From positions 1 to 58,669 of IMG/VR virus record IMGVR_UViG_3300042392_001665: a stretch of DNA of 58,669 bases, one strand, 5' to 3'. The stretch's first letter is position 1, and each line of letters begins with the position of its first letter. Below, in pieces: positions 8,549 to 17,538 of this stretch. A program made the position numbers and the translations under genes. The notes under the pieces were generated by a model. That model was not told the DNA's origin. It did no database searches and saw only the letters and a program-made list of their open reading frames with translations. This DNA comes from a virus. Taxonomy: Duplodnaviria; Caudoviricetes.

Positions 8549-9556
8549 TTAAAAATACGAAATAAGTTTTTTAACTCTATGAACAAAAGATTCACTTAGA
8601 TCATAACGATTTTCATCTTCCGGACTTTTGTTTGGTTTTTCAGTTTTTTTAGGTTCTGGTAGTTTAGTTTTATCTGTAGATTGATTTGGTTCGTTTGGTT
8701 TTTTAGTTGGTTTTTTAGTTGGCTCTGGTATATTAATTTCTGGTTCTTTTTTAATGGCTCTATTAGCACTTAAAAATTTCTGAACATTAACATTTTTCAT
8801 GTCTACACCAGATTGTGCAATTTGATTAACCAAATCGTCGATTTTAATTGTTAATTCTTTTTTCTTTCCCGTCAAATCTTTTAATATGTTTAAAAGAGGT
8901 TCTGCTTCCGGAGTATCTTTAACTTGTTTGTATTTTTCGTTTGTTGATTTTAAATCAGAAACAACCTTTGCCAAATCATTTTGTGCTGTTGTCATTTCTT
9001 TATCAAAATTTCTGGTTGTTTTTGTTACTCCAGGTTTTTTTGTTGGTTTTACTGGTTCAGCTTTAGGCGCAACAACTTTTGGTTCTGGTTTTACTTTTGG
9101 TTCTTTTGGTTTAGCTGAGAAATCAGTACTAACATATGTTACACTCATTGACTTGTCATCACCACCCCCGTTAAATTTTTCTCTAGGGGTATCGAAAGTT
9201 TCGTCTTTTAAAACGTTAACATTATTAATTCTCGCTACTAAAAATGTTCTCCAACCATAATTTGCTTTTTCGTTTCCAACATTACTAGGTGTTCCTCTTT
9301 TTGATACCGACGGATTATCGATCCACGCTCTAACAACAAGTCTACCTTTTTTATTTAATCCTAATGCAACAGGCTCCGCTTTTACTCGATAACCAGCTCT
9401 TACACTTGTTTTTTTAGGTTTTCTTGGCCCAGTATAGAAAAAACTAATAGGATGCCTATTTGTAATAGCATCCACTAAAGGTTTATTTTTAGTTGTTTTA
9501 AGAACAAGATCATTTTGTTCTTCTAGTATATCAATATAGTATTCGTTTAATGTCAT
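8549..9556 (-). CDS. WYL-like domain protein with Lys/Pro-rich linkers and a coiled coil
   Basis: 'AITNRHPISFFY...RVKAEPVALG...LVVRAW...GWRTFLVARI' fits the WYL pattern. ATG at 9556 (just after the upstream stop) is preferred over the TTG at 9589. Confidence 0.65.
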   Translation of the reverse strand: MTLNEYYIDILEEQNDLVLKTTKNKPLVDAITNRHPISFFYTGPRKPKKTSVRAGYRVKAEPVALGLNKKGRLVVRAWIDNPSVSKRGTPSNVGNEKANYGWRTFLVARINNVNVLKDETFDTPREKFNGGGDDKSMSVTYVSTDFSAKPKEPKVKPEPKVVAPKAEPVKPTKKPGVTKTTRNFDKEMTTAQNDLAKVVSDLKSTNEKYKQVKDTPEAEPLLNILKDLTGKKKELTIKIDDLVNQIAQSGVDMKNVNVQKFLSANRAIKKEPEINIPEPTKKPTKKPNEPNQSTDKTKLPEPKKTEKPNKSPEDENRYDLSESFVHRVKKLISYF

Positions 9557-9557
9557 A

Positions 9558-10211
9558 TTAAAAATCTGGATAACCTTTTGTTGCACCAAATTTATTTCTA
9601 GCTACACTATCATTTCTTAAATTAATATCAGTTAATGATCCAATAGATCCATTATTTTCACCTTTTCCTTTTTCATCACCATCTGATAATGCATTAGGAT
9701 TTGTACTATTATACCCATTTTGATTATTATATGGGTTTCTATTTAAGCTTTCAGTTCTCGTTTTTATGTCGGTTAATGAACCAATACTATTACTATTCTC
9801 ACCTTTTCCCTTTTCATCACCATCTGATAATGCATTAGGGTTAGTTACACCATAGCCTTTGTTTTGAAAATACGTATTTTTAGCCATTAGCTCATTTCTC
9901 GTTAGTATATCAACAGAAGAACCAATGGTACCATTTTCACCTTTTCCCTTTTCATCGCCATCTGACAATGCATTAGGATTATTTGAATTATACTCATTAC
10001 TTGGAGAATAAGGATTTTTAAGTAAATTATTAACCCTAGTTTGAATATCTAAAGATGAACCAATAGTTGCTGTTTCTCCTTTACCTTTTTCATCCCCATT
10101 TGATAGTGCATTTTCATGTGTTATACCATAACCATTTTTTTCAAGATATGAATTTCTTGTTAAGTGTGCCTGTCTTTCTTTCTCAGCAATAATTTCTAAT
10201 TGTGTTGCCAT
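9558..10211 (-). CDS. Tandem-repeat protein (four 46-47-aa units plus a partial unit)
   Basis: Unit consensus NALS(D/N)GDEKGKGE-x3/4-IGS-x2-DI-x2-R-x6-N-x-Y/F. Confidence 0.85.
   Translation of the reverse strand: MATQLEIIAEKERQAHLTRNSYLEKNGYGITHENALSNGDEKGKGETATIGSSLDIQTRVNNLLKNPYSPSNEYNSNNPNALSDGDEKGKGENGTIGSSVDILTRNELMAKNTYFQNKGYGVTNPNALSDGDEKGKGENSNSIGSLTDIKTRTESLNRNPYNNQNGYNSTNPNALSDGDEKGKGENNGSIGSLTDINLRNDSVARNKFGATKGYPDF
9561..10118 (-). repeat. Coding tandem repeat, 138-141 bp period
   Basis: 'ccttttcc(t/c)ttttcatc(a/g)ccatctga(t/c)aatgcattagg' recurs near 9661, 9802 and 9940, with a diverged copy near 10078. Confidence 0.9.
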
Positions 10212-10213
10212 AT

Positions 10214-10705
10214 TTACATTAATTTTTTAATTCTTTTAATTTGCTCAAATAAACCGTTCTGTTTTAGTGAGGAAACTGAATTTTCTTCTGAATTTGATTT
10301 TAATAAATCAACAGACATTTTATTACTGTGTTTTCTTTCGCCTTCTTTTCTAAATGGATTCTTTCTCAAGCCATTCATTCCCGTATTATTATTAATATTA
10401 TGTGAAGCAAGTTTTTTTGATCTAACTAATTGCCTCTCACCATCTAAAAAAGTATTAGACCATTTTTCCATTACCTCGCCGCCATATAAATTATATCTGG
10501 TTTGTTCGGTGTTTTTATCAAGATTCTTGATGTCGTGAATAATTCTTTTTAATTGCCCGTATGTAACTTTTTTATCGTTAATCAATTTTTTAGCTCTATC
10601 TATTCCAATTACATTTGGATCTTTGATAGTAGAAAGTGTTGAATTAATTTTATTTAACACTTCCTCTGGGACATCATAAACATTATTTTTTAATTGACTA
10701 TTCAC
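10214..10705 (-). CDS. Hypothetical basic protein, possible internal head protein
   Basis: Ends in 'LFEQIKRIKKLM'. Confidence 0.7.
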   Translation of the reverse strand: MNSQLKNNVYDVPEEVLNKINSTLSTIKDPNVIGIDRAKKLINDKKVTYGQLKRIIHDIKNLDKNTEQTRYNLYGGEVMEKWSNTFLDGERQLVRSKKLASHNINNNTGMNGLRKNPFRKEGERKHSNKMSVDLLKSNSEENSVSSLKQNGLFEQIKRIKKLM

Positions 10706-11480
10706 CTTTTAGACGTTTTACTATTTTATCAACCGGAATATTATTTTTTATTAAACTTTTTTTAAGTGAATCAATTTGTTTTAATATTAATGGATTAACG
10801 GTTTGTTCATCTTCTTTTTCTAAAACATCTGAATCTTGAGATTTTTTAACTAAAACGCTTTCGATATAGTCCTGCATGAATTTTTTAGGATTTTCAACCA
10901 ATCTAACTAAATCTTTTTGTCCCTCTATATACCCCATCGCGGCTAACCTCTCTTTAGCTTCATCTTCTGGAAGACCTAAATCTTTAATAAAATAGTTATA
11001 TGCTTCGTCATATGATTTGTCATCGCCCATGGTATTTTCATACCCCAGGGTATCATCCATTGCAATTTCTTTTACATCTTCTTTTCCCCCATTTTCTTCA
11101 TATAGGTTATTAAAATTATTAATTACTGATGAATATGTTCCGTAAATACTATGAGAACCCATCGCCCCACTAGCCGATTTTACAACTTTATCTGTTCTTT
11201 TTTTAGCTCCAACTAAAGATTTTTTAATTTGAGTTGGGATATCACCTCTCTTAATGTTACCTTTTTCATCAACAATTTCTTCAATATCCTCCTCTTTATT
11301 TTCAACTTTATCTGGTATTTTTTCAAAATTAGTATCGCTAGAAAACTCGCTAGCCCACTTTTTCCACTTTTTCTTTTCTTTTTTAGGGGCACCCTTTTCA
11401 TTGGCTTTAGCGTAGAAATACCTTTGCTGTGACTTTGATGCAAATTTCTCTTCTATTACTTGTTTTATAAAATCGTTCAT
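10698..11480 (-). CDS. Hypothetical highly charged protein, possible internal head protein
   Basis: First gene of a minus-strand late operon (TATTTATA at 11494-11501); N-terminal 'KFASKSQQRYFYAKA' module. Confidence 0.7.
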   Translation of the reverse strand: MNDFIKQVIEEKFASKSQQRYFYAKANEKGAPKKEKKKWKKWASEFSSDTNFEKIPDKVENKEEDIEEIVDEKGNIKRGDIPTQIKKSLVGAKKRTDKVVKSASGAMGSHSIYGTYSSVINNFNNLYEENGGKEDVKEIAMDDTLGYENTMGDDKSYDEAYNYFIKDLGLPEDEAKERLAAMGYIEGQKDLVRLVENPKKFMQDYIESVLVKKSQDSDVLEKEDEQTVNPLILKQIDSLKKSLIKNNIPVDKIVKRLKGE

Positions 11481-11531
11481 GGAATCTTTTTTATATAAAT
11501 ATCAAACGGTATGAAAGATATTTATTTAAAT

Positions 11532-12989
11532 ATGAATAGCCAGAATATTTTAAAGTTTTATGGTACAAGATTGGATGCCAAGCTAGATTCGTCAGAATTT
11601 TATGATTATGAAATCACAAAAGTCGATACTGACTATAATACTGAGGTTTTAGACATATACAAACCAATTGTGTATGAAAGTTTAAAAATAAACCAGAATT
11701 TAACCGATTTACAGTGTCAAAAAAACTTAATTAACCTATCTGAAGACGACATTTCAGACTTAGTTAGTGGATATACCTATTCTGGCTTACAGATGACTCT
11801 TAACTATAATGATTTTACTAGTCATATTGGGTCAAACTATAAAAACACATTACTAGACTCAAATAGATATAAATTCACATTAATTAGTGGTAGAACACAT
11901 TATTTTAAAATAAACTCATATAATCTAGCTCTTTCAGATTCTAATGCTTTAACTGGTTATACTAAATCTCAATTAATATCTGGATTTACAACCGATGTAT
12001 ATAAATCAAGAAAAAATATTATTAACCCTAATGCGTGTTCACCTTTGGCCCCAATTCAAGTTGTTAAGCCGTGGGCATATGATTTTAATCAAGGTCAAGG
12101 AACAGACAATTGTACACCAACATTGGCAAGAAGAAACGAAAAGGGGTGGACATTAGATTTTATTTTTAATAGAAATAGTTTAAGTTGGGCTTATGGAGGA
12201 ATATTTTACTATTGGGGTGTTAGAGGTACTAATGTTGTTTCTGATTATGCTGATAACAATCTTTCTTTTGGATTTACCTCCGATGGAAGAATAAAATGGT
12301 CTGCGTATCGTTATTCTGGTGCCTGTGTTAATGGAGCATATTCTGAATCATATTATCTGTCTAGTGGACAAACACCAACATTGTGTACAACGGGAGCAAC
12401 TAAAGATTTTAATATTACAATCAGTTTTGATAGATATAAACATTATGATAATTGTGATGTAGAAAATGATGGTGGTTTTAATGATATGATAGGTTACAGA
12501 ACGTCACCATATCAAAATACCGAAGTTACTGCAGTAACATCTACACAATTAACAGTTTGGGATTCAGCAGAAGCCTTAAGTCAAAAATGGGCAGATGAAA
12601 AACAGAGAAGATTAGGTACACTTAAAATATACCTAAACGGAAGACCCATCTATAAGTTAGAGAATTGGGAAGAAGTTATTCCATCAACAAGAGGGACTCA
12701 ACCATTTATACAATCTTGGGGAGCTGGAACTGGTTTAATGAACAATATTCACAGTGGCGTTTGTTGTTTTAAAATGAAAAAAATAAAATATTATGAGGAA
12801 CCATTAGACTTTGTTCATGTTAGACATGATTTTTTAAATATTTTAAACAACTATGATTTTGAGATATGTGGTATTGGTTGTATTGATGATTTAAGTGGGT
12901 TACCTTTACCTACCGCAACTCCATCCCCAACACCTACACCAAGTGCTACACCATCACCATCACCAACACCAACAGTTACACCACAATAA
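11532..12989 (+). CDS. Probable virion protein with LamG/concanavalin-like fold and Pro-Thr tail
   Basis: 'WTLDFIF', 'LSFGFTSDGRIKW', 'LKIYLNG', 'IKYYEEPL' fit the LamG layout. ATG 11532 follows TATTTAT (track start 11511). Confidence 0.55.
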   Translation: MNSQNILKFYGTRLDAKLDSSEFYDYEITKVDTDYNTEVLDIYKPIVYESLKINQNLTDLQCQKNLINLSEDDISDLVSGYTYSGLQMTLNYNDFTSHIGSNYKNTLLDSNRYKFTLISGRTHYFKINSYNLALSDSNALTGYTKSQLISGFTTDVYKSRKNIINPNACSPLAPIQVVKPWAYDFNQGQGTDNCTPTLARRNEKGWTLDFIFNRNSLSWAYGGIFYYWGVRGTNVVSDYADNNLSFGFTSDGRIKWSAYRYSGACVNGAYSESYYLSSGQTPTLCTTGATKDFNITISFDRYKHYDNCDVENDGGFNDMIGYRTSPYQNTEVTAVTSTQLTVWDSAEALSQKWADEKQRRLGTLKIYLNGRPIYKLENWEEVIPSTRGTQPFIQSWGAGTGLMNNIHSGVCCFKMKKIKYYEEPLDFVHVRHDFLNILNNYDFEICGIGCIDDLSGLPLPTATPSPTPTPSATPSPSPTPTVTPQ

Positions 12990-13012
12990 AATAAACAAAC
13001 TATTTATAACAT

Positions 13013-13381
13013 ATGGAATTTTTTATAAGACAGGGCGCAAGTGACCCAATATTAAAAATGAGACTAATTGATGATGGTAAAAACGATAAATCTTCATTTA
13101 ACGATTTATTGGAAAATACAGACATTACATTTGAAATGTATGACCATAAAACTGGCGAGCCATCTGTTTTAAATGCCCAGTGTTTTTTAACAACCAGAAA
13201 CAAAAAATACAATCAGACAACATTGGAATATTATATAACATACAGATTTACAGAGCTTCAGACCGCAAAACCGGGTAAGTTTGAAGGTAAAATTAATATT
13301 CAATTTCTAGACACAAACTCAACAAAAACAACAAAACTTATCCTACCAGTACGAGAAAAATTATATATTAATATCATATAG
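13013..13381 (+). CDS. BppU N-terminal-like beta-sandwich structural protein
   Basis: 'FFIRQG..DPILKMRL...TFEM...ITYRFT..QTA.PGKFEG.I.I.F' pattern. Confidence 0.55.
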   Translation: MEFFIRQGASDPILKMRLIDDGKNDKSSFNDLLENTDITFEMYDHKTGEPSVLNAQCFLTTRNKKYNQTTLEYYITYRFTELQTAKPGKFEGKINIQFLDTNSTKTTKLILPVREKLYINII

Positions 13382-13384
13382 TTT

Positions 13385-13413
13385 TTGTTTTTTTCGAAAA
13401 TTTTACTTATTTT
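13385..13413 (+). promoter_or_regulatory. Putative promoter TTGTTT-N17-TATTTT for the DNA polymerase
   Basis: Same class as the other 17-bp-spacer promoters. Confidence 0.4.
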
Positions 13414-13427
13414 TATGGTTAATTAAG

Positions 13428-13452
13428 GCTAACTACGGGAATCCCGTAAGCT
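13428..13452 (+). promoter_or_regulatory. GC-rich hairpin in the polymerase 5' leader
   Basis: TACGGG-AAT-CCCGTA stem with outer GCT/AGC pairing; no U-tract. Confidence 0.5.
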
Positions 13453-13478
13453 AATGTGTCATCCATAAATTATAAATC

Positions 13479-16385
13479 ATGCAAGAGATTATTTCTCAAG
13501 AGGTTATCGAAACCTTCTTGAACGGGTCTGACCCCGAAAGATTCATTGTCGGTATTGAATATGACTACCGAAAAAACAAAATTTACAAAATTATACAACA
13601 CCCAGAAAGAGGTAAAATTGTCCTTGAGGATACTTTTACACCATTTCTTTGGGCCGGAGACTTATCTGGATTTAACTTCTATAATGGTAGTAAGGAATTA
13701 CAGAAAAAGAAAATGGGGCAATATGGTATATTAAGTACCAAACTTGAAACCATGGGTAATGATAGATTAGAGGCCGGATTAAAATATCTAGTTAAGAGCA
13801 CTAATGGTTATCAATCTCTAATAGCATTTTTTAAAGATGGTGGAATTGATCCTTGGGGTGAAGATTTCAAATCGCAATTTCAAATATTGTCACCAGCTGA
13901 ACAGTATTTGGTGCAGAAAAAAAAGAGATTATTTAAGGGTATTGAAGACTATTCCGAGGTTCACCGACTTGTATTTGACATTGAAACAACGGGTTTAGAC
14001 CCGGAGACAACTAATATCATTCTAATCGGAGTTAAAGATAATAGAGGCTATAGCAAGTTATTAAACGCATATGGAGAAGATGGTGAGAAAAGATGTATTG
14101 AAGAGTTTTTTAAAATAATAAAAGAATTAAAACCAAGTATTATTGGTGGATATAATTCTGCGGCATTTGACTTACCATTTATTTTAAAGAGAGCTGAGAT
14201 TTTGGGGTTGAATATTAATAAATTAACTAAAATACTAAACGACAATCCGCTTAGAATAAAAGAAGGTAAATTAAAATTAGCAAATGAGGTGGAACCATAT
14301 ACACAGTATGTGTTGTGGGGGTTTAATATTGTCGATATTGCTCATGCTGTTAGAAGAGCACAAGCGATTAATTCTGAAATTAAAAGCTGGGGATTAAAAT
14401 ATATTACAAAATATCTAGAGAAAGAAAAAGAAAATCGTGTGTACGTTGATGGTGCATTTATTTCTAAAATATATCTTGATAATGAAAGTTATTATGTAAA
14501 TCCTAAGACGGGTGGTTATAAGAAAATTGGTGATTTAGGGACTGATGGTTTATTAGAAAAATATCCAGGTAAATTTGAAATATGGCCAGGTCAAAGAATT
14601 GTTGAACAATATCTTGATGATGACTTATATGAAACAATGGTTGTTGATGATTCATTTAGTCAATCAACATTTTTATTATCTAAAGTAATTCCAACAACAT
14701 ACGAAAGAATATCAACAATGGGTACCGCAACTCTTTGGAAGATATTAATGCTTGCGTGGTCTTATGATAATAATTTGGCAATACCACTTAAAGATGAAAA
14801 GAGACCAATTACTGGTGGATTATCTCGTTTACTAAACGTTGGTTTTTCAAAAAATATAGTGAAGTTTGACTATGCATCACTTTATCCATCAATACAACTT
14901 GTATATGATGTTTTTCCTGAATGTGATGTAATGGGCGTTCAGAAATCTATGCTAAAATATTTTCGTAACATTCGTATTAAATATAAACTTCTTGCTGGTG
15001 AATTAAAGAATAGTAATCCGGTTTTGTCTGAGATGTATGATCGAAAGCAGTTACCAATTAAAATTTTTATCAACGCATATTTTGGTTCGTTATCAGCGCC
15101 ACATGTTTTTCCTTGGGGTGATATGGATATGGGTGAAACAATTACATGTGTTGGGCGCCAATGTTTAAGAATGATGATTATGTTCTTTCAAAGTAAAAAT
15201 TATAAACCACTTGTTATGGATACAGATGGTGTGAACTTTGAAACACCTGAAGATATTAATGATCACAAATATGTTGGTAAGGGGTTTAATGAGATGGTTC
15301 AAGAAGGTAAAGAATATTATGGTGTTGAGGCCGACACTGCAGAATTCAATGATCTGTTCATGAGAAATGAAATGGGATTGGATATTGATTATATGGCACC
15401 TGCATGTATTAATCTTTCCAGAAAAAATTATATCATTAAAATAATTAAGAAGGGAAAAGAAAAAATAAAACTAACAGGTAATACCATAAAATCTAAAAGA
15501 CTTCAGCAATTCGTTGTTGAGTTCTTGGATGAGGGGTTAGTAAAATTACTTAATGGAGATGGTCAAGATTTTTTAAACTTGTATTATTCAACCATCAAAA
15601 AGTTATATAATAAAGAAATACCATTAGCTAAGATCGCTAGTAAGGCTCGTGTTAAACAAAGTGTTGATGATTATAAAAAACATTGTAAGAAAACAACCAA
15701 ATCGGGTTCTACAATGTCTCGTCAAGCGCATATGGAATTAATATTAGAAAATAATTACCATGCAACATTGGGTGAAACAATTTATTACATAAATAATGGA
15801 ACAAAAAAAGCTGATGGTGATGTTAAGAAAATAACGAAACCAACAAAAAAAGAGAAAGAAGATTATTTGCTTAAGTATGGTAATGAAATACCAAAAGATT
15901 ATATTCAAGTGAATTGTTATATGATTCCAGAAAAAGAATTGGCTAACAATCCTGATATGACTGGAGAATATAATGTTGCTAGAAATATTACAACATTTAA
16001 TAAGAGAATTGAGCCACTTTTGGTTGTATTTAAACCTGAAATTAGAGATAGTATTTTAATTGAAGACCCAATTGATGAACAACAATTTACAAAAAAACAA
16101 TGTGAGTTAGTTTCTGGGTTTCCACTTAAAGAAGGTGGTCAAGATAGTTTAGATGAGGTGATGACATTATCAGATGGCGAGGTTTTATTTTGGAATAAAG
16201 TAAATAAAGACCCCTTCTTTATGTATGTTGAAGATAGTTTAAATATTGTAGATCAAAGATGGGTTGATTATAATAGAAAGGTGGTTTCATTTCAAGCAGA
16301 AAGTGTTAAAGATCTTAAAGATGAAGAAATCATTGAGAATAATGGACATGATTATGCATATCACGCTTCTATACCTATGGATTAA
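13479..16385 (+). CDS. Family B DNA polymerase with 3'-5' exonuclease
   Basis: ExoI 'FDIETTG', ExoII 'YNSAAFDLPFI', motif A 'DYASLYPS', motif B 'KIFINAYFG', motif C 'MDTDG'. Confidence 0.95.
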   Translation: MQEIISQEVIETFLNGSDPERFIVGIEYDYRKNKIYKIIQHPERGKIVLEDTFTPFLWAGDLSGFNFYNGSKELQKKKMGQYGILSTKLETMGNDRLEAGLKYLVKSTNGYQSLIAFFKDGGIDPWGEDFKSQFQILSPAEQYLVQKKKRLFKGIEDYSEVHRLVFDIETTGLDPETTNIILIGVKDNRGYSKLLNAYGEDGEKRCIEEFFKIIKELKPSIIGGYNSAAFDLPFILKRAEILGLNINKLTKILNDNPLRIKEGKLKLANEVEPYTQYVLWGFNIVDIAHAVRRAQAINSEIKSWGLKYITKYLEKEKENRVYVDGAFISKIYLDNESYYVNPKTGGYKKIGDLGTDGLLEKYPGKFEIWPGQRIVEQYLDDDLYETMVVDDSFSQSTFLLSKVIPTTYERISTMGTATLWKILMLAWSYDNNLAIPLKDEKRPITGGLSRLLNVGFSKNIVKFDYASLYPSIQLVYDVFPECDVMGVQKSMLKYFRNIRIKYKLLAGELKNSNPVLSEMYDRKQLPIKIFINAYFGSLSAPHVFPWGDMDMGETITCVGRQCLRMMIMFFQSKNYKPLVMDTDGVNFETPEDINDHKYVGKGFNEMVQEGKEYYGVEADTAEFNDLFMRNEMGLDIDYMAPACINLSRKNYIIKIIKKGKEKIKLTGNTIKSKRLQQFVVEFLDEGLVKLLNGDGQDFLNLYYSTIKKLYNKEIPLAKIASKARVKQSVDDYKKHCKKTTKSGSTMSRQAHMELILENNYHATLGETIYYINNGTKKADGDVKKITKPTKKEKEDYLLKYGNEIPKDYIQVNCYMIPEKELANNPDMTGEYNVARNITTFNKRIEPLLVVFKPEIRDSILIEDPIDEQQFTKKQCELVSGFPLKEGGQDSLDEVMTLSDGEVLFWNKVNKDPFFMYVEDSLNIVDQRWVDYNRKVVSFQAESVKDLKDEEIIENNGHDYAYHASIPMD

Positions 16386-17497
16386 ATAACATTAAATGGA
16401 CTTGGCATGGCTCTGAATTTCAGGGCCTTGTTTAAGTTCTCCGCTTCATTACCCTTTCTTTCAAGCATTTTATCTGGACGAAGTCTTTCTAATCTTAACA
16501 TCAACTCTTCATTAAGTTTCATTCTTTCGTCTTTTGCTTCTGTAAGTAATGATGTATAATCTAATTTAACATCACTATCTGGTACCTTAAGGTCTCCAGA
16601 GAATTTACCATATATTCTACCAAGAGCTTCTTTGCAATAAGTTGTAAGGTATTTTCTTACCCAGTTTTGTGCCGGTCTATTTAATTCATCCCAAGCCAAT
16701 TGTTGTGTCATAACATCAGACGGTAATTTAATAACGTCTTTGTTCTCGTCTAGACAAGTATCTCTATCCATGGTATCATAATACCAATACCAAACTTTAT
16801 CCTCGTGTCTTTTTATATTACCAAAATCAAATCTTCCGCCTGGAACGTTTGCTAAGTGTATAAATTTTGTTCCGTTGGGACCAGCTGTAATTCTATATGT
16901 TAATTCACCACCAAACAATCTATTTTTAATGTTTCTGTCTTGCATTCTTAATAGTAAGTCAAACGCAGGAAACATGAAATAAGACCCTGATGAACCCACT
17001 TGAGCAAAACCACCCATCCCACCAAATCCAACGCCACCTAGGCCACCAAAACCACCTAAAAATGGATCTGCAACAGAACCAGCAAGCTCTGCTCTACTAA
17101 ACCATAATAATTCGTTTATTTCTCGTCCGGCTGGAACTTCATATATTTGTTGACCAGCTACCAAATCAATGTAATCTTTTTTAAGTACCCATGGACCGTC
17201 AGCTTGTAAACCAACAATTTTAGAATAAGAATGTGTGTATTGATTTTCAAAATTCATATCTCTAGTAGTAAATGCTCTAGTTAATGATTGATTATCAACG
17301 TCTAACCCAACTAATGATGACCATTGTGATTCTACTAACCAATCACTCACATACTGCTCATATTCATTTACGGATAATTCTAAGAAAGAATCCATTTGTT
17401 CTTCAGTTAATTCTACACCCCTAACAGGCATACCTAATAAGTGTAGGATTTGGCTATAAAGCTTTTCCTTTTCTGTAAGACTAATTACGGTACTCAT
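16382..17497 (-). CDS. Neck protein / head-tail adaptor, T4 gp13-like
   Basis: 'LGMPVRGVELTEEQM' and 'WVRKY...KEALGRIYGKFSG' are gp13-type segments. Confidence 0.8.
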   Translation of the reverse strand: MSTVISLTEKEKLYSQILHLLGMPVRGVELTEEQMDSFLELSVNEYEQYVSDWLVESQWSSLVGLDVDNQSLTRAFTTRDMNFENQYTHSYSKIVGLQADGPWVLKKDYIDLVAGQQIYEVPAGREINELLWFSRAELAGSVADPFLGGFGGLGGVGFGGMGGFAQVGSSGSYFMFPAFDLLLRMQDRNIKNRLFGGELTYRITAGPNGTKFIHLANVPGGRFDFGNIKRHEDKVWYWYYDTMDRDTCLDENKDVIKLPSDVMTQQLAWDELNRPAQNWVRKYLTTYCKEALGRIYGKFSGDLKVPDSDVKLDYTSLLTEAKDERMKLNEELMLRLERLRPDKMLERKGNEAENLNKALKFRAMPSPFNVI

Positions 17498-17538
17498 TCA
17501 GATTTCATTTTATTATAAATACCGGATTTATTATAAAA

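Noticed and set aside
9561-10118. Regularly spaced ~40-bp repeats as a CRISPR array
   Set aside because: The 138-141 bp period is a multiple of 3, the variation is synonymous, the 'spacers' resemble each other, and all lie within one ORF.
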